This document shows, in pieces, positions 52,015 to 62,019 of a DNA stretch of 64,000 nucleotides. Each line of letters begins with the position of its first letter. The first letter of the stretch is position 1. The notes beneath the pieces are model-generated. The model saw nothing but the letters and a program-made list of their open reading frames with translations, was not told the DNA's origin and searched no databases. The position numbers and the translations under genes are program-made. This stretch comes from Candidatus Bathyarchaeia archaeon (GTDB taxonomy: Archaea > Thermoproteota > Bathyarchaeia > Bathyarchaeales > Bathycorpusculaceae), in contig JAVZLQ010000004.1 in NCBI GenBank assembly GCA_038883655.1, positions 1 to 64,000 on the forward strand. Reading direction: 5' to 3'.

Positions 52015-54813
52015 TTGGTTACCCTACATCTCGACAAAATTTTTAACCCTAAAAGCGTGGCTGTTGTTGGCGCCAGCGATGAAGAAGGAAGCGTTGGATA
52101 TGCGCTTATGCGGAATTTTTTGGATTTTGGTTTTGAGGGTAGGGTTTACCCTGTTAACATTCGCAAAACCGAGATTTTGGGTTTAAAAGCCTACCCGTCA
52201 GTTGAGCAAATTCCAGAAACTGTTGATTTGGCGGTGATTGCAACTCCAGCAAAAACTGTCCCAGAAATTGTTGAGCAATGCGGAAGGGCGGGAATAAAGG
52301 GCATAATAATCATAAGCGCTGGCTTCAAAGAGGTTGGTCCAGAGGGCAAAGCCCTAGAAGACAAAATCCTAGAAATAAAACGTAAATATGGTTTGCGTAT
52401 TGTTGGACCGAACTGTTTGGGAATAATCCGCCCAAGCAACAAGTTAAACGCAACATTTCTAAAAAAGATGCCTAAAGAGGGAAACATCGCCTTCATAAGC
52501 CAAAGCGGTGCGTTAGGCTCCGCCATTCTTGACTGGGCTATGCATGAAAATATTGGCTTCAGCAACTTCGTCTCTGTCGGCTCCATGATAGATGTTGACT
52601 TTGGCGATTTGATAGACTATTTTGGAACAGACCCGAAGACAAGAAGCATACTCATGTATATTGAGGGGATAACGAACGCGAGAAAATTTATGAGCGCAGC
52701 ACGTCACTTCGCAAGAACAAAACCAATAATAGTTGTTAAGGCTGGAAAATTCGGCGAAAGCGCAAAAGCGGCAGCCTCACACACTGGTTCAATGACTGGC
52801 GAAGACGACGTTTACGACGCAGCATTCAAGCGTGCGGGCATAGTGCGCGTAGAAGAAATAGCCGACCTATTCAACTGCGCTGAAGTTTTGGGCTTGCAAC
52901 CGCTTCCTAAAGGTCCAAACCTCGCCATAATCACGAATGCTGGCGGTCCAGGCGTTATGGCTACCGACGCGCTTATAGCAAGAGGCGGAAAACTAGCCAA
53001 GCTTAGCCCAAAAACGATGGAGCTTCTTAATGGCATTTTGCCACATTACTGGAGCCATGGCAACCCAATAGACATTTTAGGAGACGCAAAGGCTGACCGT
53101 TACAAGGCTGTTCTCGAAGCTTGCCTAAAAGACGAGAATGTTGACGGAATCCTAATAATTTACACGGCGCAGGCGGTTGCTGAGCCAGTTGAAATCGCGA
53201 AGGGCATAGTTGAAGTTTACAAGAGCATGGCATACAAGAACAAAACGGTACTAACCTCCTTCATGGGTTATGGCGCTGTGGAAGAAGCCAACCGCATATT
53301 TAACGAAAATGGCATACCAACATACGCAACTCCAGAACAAGCCATAAAGACGTATCTTTACATGTACCAGTACAAGCGCAACCTCGAGCTGCTTTATGAA
53401 ACTCCAGAGGAGCTTCCAGTCGACGCTGCCCCGCCAAAGCGTCCAATACAAGTTATAATGCGAAACGCAGCCATGGAAAACCGCGAACTTTTAACAGAAG
53501 CCGAAGCGAAAAAGCTGCTTGAATATTACGGTTTTCCTGTTGCCAAAACCCTAGTAGCAACAACAGCTGATGAAGCCGTAGCCTGCGCTTCGCAGATTGG
53601 CTACCCAGTTGTGCTCAAAATCTTGTCTCCGCAAATTGTCCACAAAACGGATGCTGGCGGAGTCTTCCTAGACCTAAAAAACGAAGTTGAAGTCAGAGCA
53701 GCCTTTGAGCAAATCATGCACAACGCGAAAAACTATAATCCACAAGCGGAAATTCTGGGCGTAACTGTTCAGCCAATGATTAAAAAGAGAGGATACGAAG
53801 TTATACTTGGAGCAAAGAAAGACCCGCTTTTCGGACCAGTAATTCTCTTCGGCATGGGCGGCGTTGGCGTTGAACTTTTCAAAGACTTTTCAATAGGGCT
53901 TCCACCATTAAATCAGACCTTGGTTAGACGCTTAATGGAGGAGACAAAGGTTTATCAGCTTTTGAAAGGCTATAGGAATGTGCCGCCAGCAAACATCAAA
54001 CTTCTTGAAGAGATAATTTTGCGCTTCTCGCAGTTGCTCGTTGATTTCCCACAGTTAAAGGAAGTCGACATCAACCCACTTTTGATTAATGATAAAGATG
54101 CTTACGCACTTGATGCGAGAATCATAATTGACAAAGAACTGGTCTTCCAAAAATTTGAGCCACACCAACACCTGGTCATAAGCCCATACCCGAAGAAATA
54201 CGAAACTTTGTGGCGCATGCGCGATGGACGCACGGTACTGCTGAGGCCGATAAAGCCTGAAGACGAGCCCTTATGGCTTGAAATGTTCAAAAACTTCTCG
54301 GAAGAATCCATACGTTACAGGTTCTTCCAAATAATCAAGGACACGCCACATGAAGTGCGCGTTCGCTACTGCAACATTGACTATGATAGGGAAATCGCTA
54401 TAGTCGCTGAATTAAACGAGAATGGACAAAGGCGGATATTGGGCGTTGCCCGTGTAAGCCTAGAACCAGATAGGCGGGCTGGCGAAATAGCCTTTATAGT
54501 TGCTGACCCGTGGCAAGGCTTGGGCTTGGGCACAAAAATGGTGGATTACACCATTGAGGTTTGCAAGGACATGGGAGTGGAAACGCTTTACGCTATAATG
54601 CTTCCAGACAATTATAGGGCTATAAACCTAACAAGAAAGATGGGCTTTACCCTTAAATATCAAGAGGACGGCACAATCAAGGGCACCTTAAACCTGAAAG
54701 AGGAAGAGTCTGCGTCGCAATGCCAAGAAACTAGGAACATTCAAGAAGCGGAGAGTTCAGCATTAAGTCCCAAAAAGGAAGAACATCGAGAAGCGGAAAC
54801 AGTCGGCGTCTAG
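52015..54813 (+). CDS. ADP-forming acyl-CoA synthetase alpha+beta fused to a C-terminal GNAT (Pat/YfiQ-like architecture)
   Basis: GPNCLG, SQSGALG, ASHTGS, NPIDI, HKTDAGGV ATP-grasp, DINP; GNAT LLRPI...DYDRE...WQGLGLG. Confidence 0.92.
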   Translation: MVTLHLDKIFNPKSVAVVGASDEEGSVGYALMRNFLDFGFEGRVYPVNIRKTEILGLKAYPSVEQIPETVDLAVIATPAKTVPEIVEQCGRAGIKGIIIISAGFKEVGPEGKALEDKILEIKRKYGLRIVGPNCLGIIRPSNKLNATFLKKMPKEGNIAFISQSGALGSAILDWAMHENIGFSNFVSVGSMIDVDFGDLIDYFGTDPKTRSILMYIEGITNARKFMSAARHFARTKPIIVVKAGKFGESAKAAASHTGSMTGEDDVYDAAFKRAGIVRVEEIADLFNCAEVLGLQPLPKGPNLAIITNAGGPGVMATDALIARGGKLAKLSPKTMELLNGILPHYWSHGNPIDILGDAKADRYKAVLEACLKDENVDGILIIYTAQAVAEPVEIAKGIVEVYKSMAYKNKTVLTSFMGYGAVEEANRIFNENGIPTYATPEQAIKTYLYMYQYKRNLELLYETPEELPVDAAPPKRPIQVIMRNAAMENRELLTEAEAKKLLEYYGFPVAKTLVATTADEAVACASQIGYPVVLKILSPQIVHKTDAGGVFLDLKNEVEVRAAFEQIMHNAKNYNPQAEILGVTVQPMIKKRGYEVILGAKKDPLFGPVILFGMGGVGVELFKDFSIGLPPLNQTLVRRLMEETKVYQLLKGYRNVPPANIKLLEEIILRFSQLLVDFPQLKEVDINPLLINDKDAYALDARIIIDKELVFQKFEPHQHLVISPYPKKYETLWRMRDGRTVLLRPIKPEDEPLWLEMFKNFSEESIRYRFFQIIKDTPHEVRVRYCNIDYDREIAIVAELNENGQRRILGVARVSLEPDRRAGEIAFIVADPWQGLGLGTKMVDYTIEVCKDMGVETLYAIMLPDNYRAINLTRKMGFTLKYQEDGTIKGTLNLKEEESASQCQETRNIQEAESSALSPKKEEHREAETVGV

Positions 54814-54934
54814 CACTTATATGCCACACTTAAACCAAGTATAACGCACGTAGTTTTTTCTCTATTTACTATGGCTAAATTTAAATTACAGAAGCGCGAT
54901 TAGTAATTTTCCATTAAAACAAGCTGGTGCGAAG

Positions 54935-55870
54935 ATGGAGAAACTAAAATTTGCGTTTTATTGGGCTGCAAGTTGCGGCGGCTGCGAAATCGCCGTTCTC
55001 GACATAAACGAAAAAATCCTAGATGTCATAGCCAATGCCGACATAGTCTTTTGGCCAGTGGCAATGGACATAAAATGTAAAGATGTTGAGGCGATGCCAG
55101 ACAAGTACATTGACGTGTGCTTCTTTAATGGTGCAATTCGCAACAGCGAACAGGAATATATGGCGAAACTTTTAAGGCAAAAGTCAAAGGTGCTTGTGGC
55201 TTTCGGTTCTTGCGCATGTGACGGCTGCGTCATAGGGCTTGGAAACCTTTGGAATAGACAAAAAATCTTTGAAAGAGCATACTTTGAAACACCATCAACT
55301 AAAAACCTGCAGGGTGTTACTCCACAACCACGTCTAAAAGTTAAGGAAGGCGAACTTGAACTCCCAGAATTTTACGACACGGTTAAGACTCTAGCTCAAA
55401 CGGTTGATGTTGACTATTTCATTTCGGGATGCCCGCCACCAGTTCCGAGGATAATAGAAACTGTGGAGGCGATATTTAGCGGTAAACTACCGCCAAAAGG
55501 CGTGAGCTTCCTACTAAACAAGTCAATATGCGACGAATGCCCAAGAGAGAAAAAGGACAGAAAAATCACGCAAGTGAAGAGAATTTACGAGATAGAAGAC
55601 GACTTCAAAACATGCTTCCTAGACCAAGGCGTCATCTGCATGGGGCCAGCCACAAGAGGCGGATGCGGCGCCCAATGCCTAAAAGCCAACGTGCCATGCA
55701 CTGGATGTGGCGGACCAACGCCGAGAGTAACAGACCAAGGCGCAGCGATGATAAGCGCCTTCGCATCAATAGCTGCAGACCCAAGCGTAATCGAGCAAAT
55801 AGTGGACCCGATTGGAACCTTTTACAAGTATTCTCTTGCAAACTCCACCTTACGGAGGAAGGTGAGATAG
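54935..55870 (+). CDS. mvhG: [NiFe] hydrogenase small subunit, MvhG type
   Basis: SCGGC, GSCAC, GCPP, ICDEC, CMGPATRGGC, CTGC. Confidence 0.92.
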   Translation: MEKLKFAFYWAASCGGCEIAVLDINEKILDVIANADIVFWPVAMDIKCKDVEAMPDKYIDVCFFNGAIRNSEQEYMAKLLRQKSKVLVAFGSCACDGCVIGLGNLWNRQKIFERAYFETPSTKNLQGVTPQPRLKVKEGELELPEFYDTVKTLAQTVDVDYFISGCPPPVPRIIETVEAIFSGKLPPKGVSFLLNKSICDECPREKKDRKITQVKRIYEIEDDFKTCFLDQGVICMGPATRGGCGAQCLKANVPCTGCGGPTPRVTDQGAAMISAFASIAADPSVIEQIVDPIGTFYKYSLANSTLRRKVR

Positions 55871-57328
55871 ATGAAGGAAATAATCATAAACCCCATCACA
55901 AGGCTTGAGGGGCACGGAAAAATAACAATATTCCTAAATGAAGCTGGAAATGTGGAAGAAGCCTACTTCCAAGTTCCAGAACTGAGAGGCTTTGAAAGAT
56001 TCTGCGAAGGAAGAAGAGCCGAAGACCTGCCAATAATAACGACGAGGATTTGCGGTGTCTGCCCAGTCGCTCACCACATGGCAGGCGCAAAAGCCTTAGA
56101 CGCGGCGTTCAATGTTGAGCCGCCGCCAGCAGCTAAAAAGCTCCGTGAACTAATGTATTGTGGCTATTACCTCTACGACCACACATTACACTTTTACTAT
56201 CTGGGCGGTCCAGATTTTGTCGTTGGACCCGATGCTCCACCAGAAAAAAGAAACGTTATAGGCGTTATTGAGAAGGCTGGACTTGAAATAGGCAAAGAAG
56301 TCATAAAGCATAGGGCTTACGGGCAAAAGATAACGGAGATTTTGGGCGGAAAGGCGACCCATCCGGTTAACGCGTGCATACCAGGAGGGGTTTCAAAACC
56401 GCTCTCTGAAGAGGAGCGGCGCGAAATTGAGAAGATGGTTAGAAGCTGCCTTGAATTTGCAAAATTCAGCCTAAAACTCTTCGATGACATAGTGTTGAAA
56501 AACACGGACTACGTCAACCTAATAAAAAGTGAAGCCTATACGCTGCAGACCTACTATATGGGGTTGGTTGATAAAAACAACCACGTAAACTTCTACGATG
56601 GCGACGTGCGTGTGGTAGACCCAAACGGAAATGAGTTCGTTAAATTCAAGCCAAAAGAATACTTGGACGTGATTGAAGAGCATGTAGAACCATGGACATA
56701 CGTGAAGCTGCCATACCTAAAAAAGGTTGGATGGAAAGGATTCGTCGGTGGCTCCCAAAGCGGACTATACCGTGTTGGACCGCTTGGAAGGCTCAACGCT
56801 GCGGACGGCATGGCAACCCCATTAGCGCAGGCTGAATACGAGCGAATGTATAAGACGCTTGGCGGAAAGCCAGTTCACAACACTTTGGCATATCACTGGG
56901 CTAGGCTAATAGAACTTTTGTACGCGGCTGAACGCGCACTAGAACTTGTAACAGACCCAGAAATAACAAGCAAAGACATCCGAAATAAGCCAGGCAAGCC
57001 AGGCGAAGGCGTGGGCATAGTTGAAGCCGCACGTGGAACGCTTATCCACCATTACATACTTGACGAGAAGGCATTAGCCAAAAAAGTCAATCTTATCGTT
57101 GCTACAACGCATAATGCGCCGAGCATATGCATATCAATAAAGGATGCCGCGAAGGCGCTGATAAAAAATGGCAAGGTTAACGATGGCATTTTGAACATGG
57201 TTGAGATGGCTTTTAGGGCATATGACCCGTGCTTCGCGTGTGCTACGCACTTTGCAGTTGGGCAAATGCCGTTGCAGGTTGAAATTTATGATTCCGAGAG
57301 GCGGTTAATAAAGAAAATTGGAAGGTGA
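55871..57328 (+). CDS. mvhA: [NiFe] hydrogenase large subunit, MvhA type (group 3c-like)
   Basis: TRLEGHG, RGFE, RICGVC (L1), RAYDPCFACATH (L2) with cleavable C-terminal extension. Confidence 0.94.
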   Translation: MKEIIINPITRLEGHGKITIFLNEAGNVEEAYFQVPELRGFERFCEGRRAEDLPIITTRICGVCPVAHHMAGAKALDAAFNVEPPPAAKKLRELMYCGYYLYDHTLHFYYLGGPDFVVGPDAPPEKRNVIGVIEKAGLEIGKEVIKHRAYGQKITEILGGKATHPVNACIPGGVSKPLSEEERREIEKMVRSCLEFAKFSLKLFDDIVLKNTDYVNLIKSEAYTLQTYYMGLVDKNNHVNFYDGDVRVVDPNGNEFVKFKPKEYLDVIEEHVEPWTYVKLPYLKKVGWKGFVGGSQSGLYRVGPLGRLNAADGMATPLAQAEYERMYKTLGGKPVHNTLAYHWARLIELLYAAERALELVTDPEITSKDIRNKPGKPGEGVGIVEAARGTLIHHYILDEKALAKKVNLIVATTHNAPSICISIKDAAKALIKNGKVNDGILNMVEMAFRAYDPCFACATHFAVGQMPLQVEIYDSERRLIKKIGR

Positions 57329-59745
57329 TGGAAATGGAAGAGGCAAAAATTGGAGTATTCCTATCCGACTGCGGAAAACAGTTGGCAGAAATCCTAAACT
57401 TTGAAGAAATAACAAACTATCTGAAAGGCATACCACAAGTCTCCCTCGTGGCTGTTGGCAACGAATTTTGGCGAGGTCAAGGACTAAAAACATTAGTTGA
57501 AGCCGTAAAAAACGGAAAAATAAACCGCGTCGTCGTCGCAGAAAGCATACCAAAAATTGGTGAAATAAACATTGTTGAATCCCTAGAAGCAGTTGGGCTT
57601 AACCCAAACTTCGTTGAAGTTATAGACGTAAAAGACAACTGTGCATGGCCTCACCGTGACGCACCTAAAGAGGCAACGGAAAAGGCGAAGGCTATGCTTT
57701 TGGCTGCAATAGAACGTGTAAAACTTGCGGAGCCAATCGAGAAACTGGAGTTTCCAGCCGTAAAATCCATTCTCGTTATAGGCGGTGGACTGGCTGGAAT
57801 GCAGGCTGCAGAAGACCTAGCGGACATGGGTTTTGAAGTTTACTTGGTTGAGAAGGAGCCGTTTCTAGGAGGGTTAGCCGCGAAGGCTGGGCGTTTCTTC
57901 CCAACAGACGACTGTGCAATATGCATCCAATCGCCAGCTTCAGACGTGAAAACAATAACGCATACTTCGCGAAAATGCGTTTATCGTTCTGGCTTTTCAG
58001 AGATTCCAAACCTTAACGTGCTGACAAACTCTAGGGTTGTAAAGGTTGAGGGCGCGCCTGGAAACTATAAGGTGACCATTGAGAGAAAGCCGAGGTACGT
58101 TAATGAGGAAAAATGTGTTGCATGCGACTTGTGTGCCTCTGTTTGTCCAGTTGAGGTCCTAGACGAGTACAACGCGAGGTTGAAGAGTAGGAAGGCGATT
58201 TACATTAACACGCCGCTTGTTTATCCGCCAGTGTACGCTATAGACGCTAAAGCATGCAAATTCGCCGAGTGCGCCAAGTGCGTTGATGTTTGCCCCACAA
58301 AGGCAATTGAGTTGAACCAAAAAAGCAAGAAAGTTACGCTTAACGTTGGCAGCATAATCGTCGCCACTGGTTTTAAGGAGTATGACCCAAGCGTGATAAA
58401 AGAGTACCACTACGGCGAATATCCAGACGTGATAACGCAGCTTGAGCTTGCAAGGATGATTGACGCCTTCGGTCCAACAAAGGGCATGATAATTCGACCA
58501 TCAGACAAAAAGCCAGCAAAAAGAATAGTCTTCATCCAGTGTGTTGGCTCTAGGGATAGACGCTGGAACCCCTACTGTTCAAGCATATGCTGCATGATAT
58601 CGCTGAAACACGCCACACTGATTAAGTCGGCTTTTCCAGACACTGACATAACGATATGTTACATCGACATAAGAACCACTGGAAGAGAACACGAATACTA
58701 CTATGAACGCGCCCGCGAGATGGGAATAAAATTCGTGAAGGGAAGACCAACGGAAATCTTGCACGACCCAGAGGCAAACCTGCTAATAGTCGATGTTGAA
58801 GACGAACTTTTAAGAAGATTCTTGGAACTGGAAGCAGATCTTGTCGTCTTATCGCCAGCAATGGTGCCTGTTGAAGACGCAAAAGAGCTTGCGGAAATGC
58901 TTGGCTTGGAACTGGACAAGGACGGCTTCTTTAAGGAATATAACGCGAAACTTAGACCTACGGAGACGAAGAAGCGGGGCGTCTTCATCTGCGGTGGAGC
59001 GATATTCCCCAAGGATGCGCCTACAACTTCGCTTCAAGCTCACTCAGCAGCGGTTAAGGCTGCAAAATTCCTATTGAACGGCAAAATTGTCAAAGACCAG
59101 AAAACAGCCTACGTGAACGAGGATTATTGTGGAGACTGCGAATTCTGTCCAGTAACATGCCCATATGGAGCGATAACCCTAACGGAAAAGACTGACGGAC
59201 ACTTTGTCGCGCATGTGGACGATCTCTTATGCGAAGGCTGCGGCGTATGCGTTGGCACATGCCCAGTTGGAGCAATCGAACTTCGCCACTTGAAGCCAAA
59301 CCAGATTTTAGCTCAAATGAAAGCGCTGTTGTCCATTAATGGAACATCAAAACCGCTTGTTTTGGCTTTCTGCTGTTCAGAGTGCGGTCACGCCGCTGTG
59401 GATTCTTCTGGAATGGCTATGCTCAGTTATCCAGCAAACGTGCGCGTGCTGCGTGTGCCGTGCACTGGCATAGTGCAAGTACAGCATATACTGGAAGCCT
59501 TCAAGGCTGGCGCTCAAGGAGTCATGGTTGTCGGATGCAAGCAAGACGGTTGCCACTACGAGGTTGGAAGCCAGAAGGCACAGAAGAAAGTGGAGCTTGC
59601 AAAGGTTTTGCTGAAAGAGTATGGCATTGAGCCAGAACGCCTCGAAATGTTCAACATGGTTTACATAGAAGGTGACAAGTTCGCCGAAGCCGCAAGAGCC
59701 ATGACTGAAAAAGTGGAGAAGCTTGGTGCACTTCAACTAGCCTAA
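57328..59745 (+). CDS. hdrA: HdrA-MvhD fusion (intact MvhD, degenerate N-terminal cluster domain)
   Basis: GGGLAG, FPTDDC, QCVGSRD..CSSICCMISLK, ferredoxin domains, AFCCSEC...VPCTG...GCKQDGCHY. Confidence 0.92.
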   Translation: MEMEEAKIGVFLSDCGKQLAEILNFEEITNYLKGIPQVSLVAVGNEFWRGQGLKTLVEAVKNGKINRVVVAESIPKIGEINIVESLEAVGLNPNFVEVIDVKDNCAWPHRDAPKEATEKAKAMLLAAIERVKLAEPIEKLEFPAVKSILVIGGGLAGMQAAEDLADMGFEVYLVEKEPFLGGLAAKAGRFFPTDDCAICIQSPASDVKTITHTSRKCVYRSGFSEIPNLNVLTNSRVVKVEGAPGNYKVTIERKPRYVNEEKCVACDLCASVCPVEVLDEYNARLKSRKAIYINTPLVYPPVYAIDAKACKFAECAKCVDVCPTKAIELNQKSKKVTLNVGSIIVATGFKEYDPSVIKEYHYGEYPDVITQLELARMIDAFGPTKGMIIRPSDKKPAKRIVFIQCVGSRDRRWNPYCSSICCMISLKHATLIKSAFPDTDITICYIDIRTTGREHEYYYERAREMGIKFVKGRPTEILHDPEANLLIVDVEDELLRRFLELEADLVVLSPAMVPVEDAKELAEMLGLELDKDGFFKEYNAKLRPTETKKRGVFICGGAIFPKDAPTTSLQAHSAAVKAAKFLLNGKIVKDQKTAYVNEDYCGDCEFCPVTCPYGAITLTEKTDGHFVAHVDDLLCEGCGVCVGTCPVGAIELRHLKPNQILAQMKALLSINGTSKPLVLAFCCSECGHAAVDSSGMAMLSYPANVRVLRVPCTGIVQVQHILEAFKAGAQGVMVVGCKQDGCHYEVGSQKAQKKVELAKVLLKEYGIEPERLEMFNMVYIEGDKFAEAARAMTEKVEKLGALQLA

Positions 59746-59769
59746 ACCAATAAAGGAGCGTTAATCTTG

Positions 59770-60288
59770 ATGGCTGAGGAAACACAAAAGAAAGCGTTGG
59801 CAAAGAATTTTGCAAAAGAAATAACCAGCAGGCTCGGCGGAGAAACAATAACACTATGCTACCAGTGCGGGACATGCGCTTCAAGCTGTCCAGTAGCAAA
59901 AATTACTGACAAATACAATCCAAGAGAAATCATTAGGCTTGCGCTGCTCGGGTTAAGAGACGAAGTTTTGTCTGGCGGCGCCATTTGGCTTTGTTCCTCA
60001 TGCTACAACTGCCAAGAACGTTGTCCACAAAAAGTCGAAATAGCCGACGTAATTTACGCTTTGAGAAACATTGCCATCCGCGAGGGAAACATGCCAAACA
60101 TTTACGCAGAGTTTGCAGCTGGATTAATGAGCGAGGGACGCATAGTCCCTATATCAAAATTCCTCGAGAAAAAACGCGCCGAATACGGCTTACCCCAACT
60201 CAAACCAGCAGGCGTCGAAGCCGTGAAGCGTATTCTCTCAGCAACGGGATTTGACAAAATTCAGTTTAAGAAAGGTGAAGCGCAATGA
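59770..60288 (+). CDS. hdrC: Heterodisulfide reductase subunit C
   Basis: CYQCGTCASSCP, IWLCSSCYNCQERCP. Confidence 0.93.
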   Translation: MAEETQKKALAKNFAKEITSRLGGETITLCYQCGTCASSCPVAKITDKYNPREIIRLALLGLRDEVLSGGAIWLCSSCYNCQERCPQKVEIADVIYALRNIAIREGNMPNIYAEFAAGLMSEGRIVPISKFLEKKRAEYGLPQLKPAGVEAVKRILSATGFDKIQFKKGEAQ

Positions 60289-61160
60289 CGAGCTACGCCT
60301 TATTTTTAGGATGCACAATACCCGCGCGTCAGCCACACTACGAGTTGGCAGCGCGAAAAGCCCTAACAAAACTTGGAATAGAACTCGTCGACCTGGAGAA
60401 TATGACTTGCTGTGCTCCTCCACCGTTGCAATCAATAGATTTGGAAACAAGCCTTGCCATCGCCGCGTACAATATCTGCCTAGCCGAAGAAGCAGACCTA
60501 AATATAGTCACTTTATGCACTGGATGCTTCGAGTCGCTTGCCATGACTAATACCCTTCTAAAAGAGAAGAAAGAGCTTAAGGAAAGGGTTAACAAAATCC
60601 TCGCAGCTGTCGGTAAAGAGTTTAAGGGAAATAAGGAAGTGCGGCATTACCTTCAAGTTTTGATGAACGATGTTGGCTTAAATAACCTGAAAAAGAGTGT
60701 TGTAAAACCACTAAGCAAGCTGAAAGTTGCAGCCTTTTCTGGTTGTCACCTGCTTAGACCAAGCGCGCTCTTGAGGTTTGACGACCCAGAACGCCCAAAA
60801 ATCTTTGACGACCTAATCGAAGCGTTAGGCGCCAAAAGTATCTGGTACAGAAATAAGCTAAAGTGTTGTGGCGGTCTGTTGAGGGGCTACGCTGACGATG
60901 TGGCTTTAGCCATAGCCAGAGACAAAATAGTAAACGCTTTTAAGGCTGGCGCTGACTGCATATCAACGCTTTGTCCATTCTGCTTCTTAACGCTTGATCT
61001 TGGTCAGATGCTCATAAAAACCACGTACAAGGAAGAATATAGCATGCCAGTTATTCACTACGCTGAGCTTTTGAGCATAAGCCTAGGAGTAGACCCAAAA
61101 GAACTTGCGCTCGATTTTCACAAGGTAAAATTGGACCCAGTACTAAGCAAGATCGGCTAA
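60285..61160 (+). CDS. hdrB: Heterodisulfide reductase subunit B
   Basis: FLGC, CCAPP, CTGC, GCHLLRP, CCGG, CPFC. Confidence 0.93.
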   Translation: MTSYALFLGCTIPARQPHYELAARKALTKLGIELVDLENMTCCAPPPLQSIDLETSLAIAAYNICLAEEADLNIVTLCTGCFESLAMTNTLLKEKKELKERVNKILAAVGKEFKGNKEVRHYLQVLMNDVGLNNLKKSVVKPLSKLKVAAFSGCHLLRPSALLRFDDPERPKIFDDLIEALGAKSIWYRNKLKCCGGLLRGYADDVALAIARDKIVNAFKAGADCISTLCPFCFLTLDLGQMLIKTTYKEEYSMPVIHYAELLSISLGVDPKELALDFHKVKLDPVLSKIG

Positions 61161-61254
61161 ACTCATTTCTCTCTCTTTTTACCATTCTAATTTTAAAGTT
61201 GGCTGGATAAGTGTTAATAGTGCGAATTACGCTATCACGTTTTGGGAATAAAAC

Positions 61255-61455
61255 ATGAAGGTAACAGCCCTAAAAGAACACAAGTGCTTCTGTTGTGGAG
61301 CAACCATAAAACGTGGCGAGGAATGCTTCGCTTTTTTCGTGAATCCATCTGACCCGAGCAAAAGTGAGTTTGATGTTATCTACACTTGTATAAAATGTAG
61401 TGATGAGGAGAAGTGTAAAATTAGGATAAAGCGTCGAGAGGCAAGCGAATCGTAA
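61255..61455 (+). CDS. Small Cys-rich zinc-finger-like protein
   Basis: HKCFCCG..IKRGE...YTCIKC. Confidence 0.6.
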   Translation: MKVTALKEHKCFCCGATIKRGEECFAFFVNPSDPSKSEFDVIYTCIKCSDEEKCKIRIKRREASES

Positions 61456-61459
61456 ACAG

Positions 61460-61930
61460 TCAGTTTCCTTTTGGAATTTCTATTTCAAGTGCCTCGTTAT
61501 TGTTGCATTTCGTAACCATGCTTTCAATTTTTAGGTGATCAACTGGAAGAGTTATCTTTCGGCATTCGTCAACACAAACATCGTTTCCATCGCCCTTCTT
61601 GTAGCAAACCTTGTTGCAAATTTCTATGCCATCCACATCAGTGTGAACAGTTATTTTTTGTTCTCGGCACTTGCACTGTATTAGAATCCTAATATAATTA
61701 TCGTCCTCAAACACGTCTATCAGGGGTTCTTCAAGTTGTGGTAATGGAATTAAATGCCTAACTGGGCTTGACTCTATTTGCTCGCTGATTATGTACTTCT
61801 TGTATAGAAGTTTCTCCATAGGCTCCACAATGATATCGCTTCTTTCCTCCGCTTCACTTTCGATAAGTTTCTTTACCAAAACCTTGCAGAAAACGTCTAT
61901 GTTTCGGAGGGCTTCCTCAAAACTGCTCAT
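61460..61930 (-). CDS. Divergent Cys-rich Hsp20/alpha-crystallin-like protein
   Basis: EPLIDVFEDDNYIRIL...RKITLP...NNEALEIEIPK. Confidence 0.6.
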   Translation of the reverse strand: MSSFEEALRNIDVFCKVLVKKLIESEAEERSDIIVEPMEKLLYKKYIISEQIESSPVRHLIPLPQLEEPLIDVFEDDNYIRILIQCKCREQKITVHTDVDGIEICNKVCYKKGDGNDVCVDECRKITLPVDHLKIESMVTKCNNNEALEIEIPKGN

Positions 61931-62019
61931 TTTATCTCACGCCTCTCCTCATATTTATAATATTTACTTTTAACCATTTAAGGCTTCTTAAACCAGATTT
62001 AAATTAAGTTTGAAGCAAG

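Noticed and set aside
54935-61160. Evidence for methanogenesis or alkane activation
   Set aside because: Mvh/Hdr occur widely in non-methanogens, and no mcr/acr or mtr genes are in the window.
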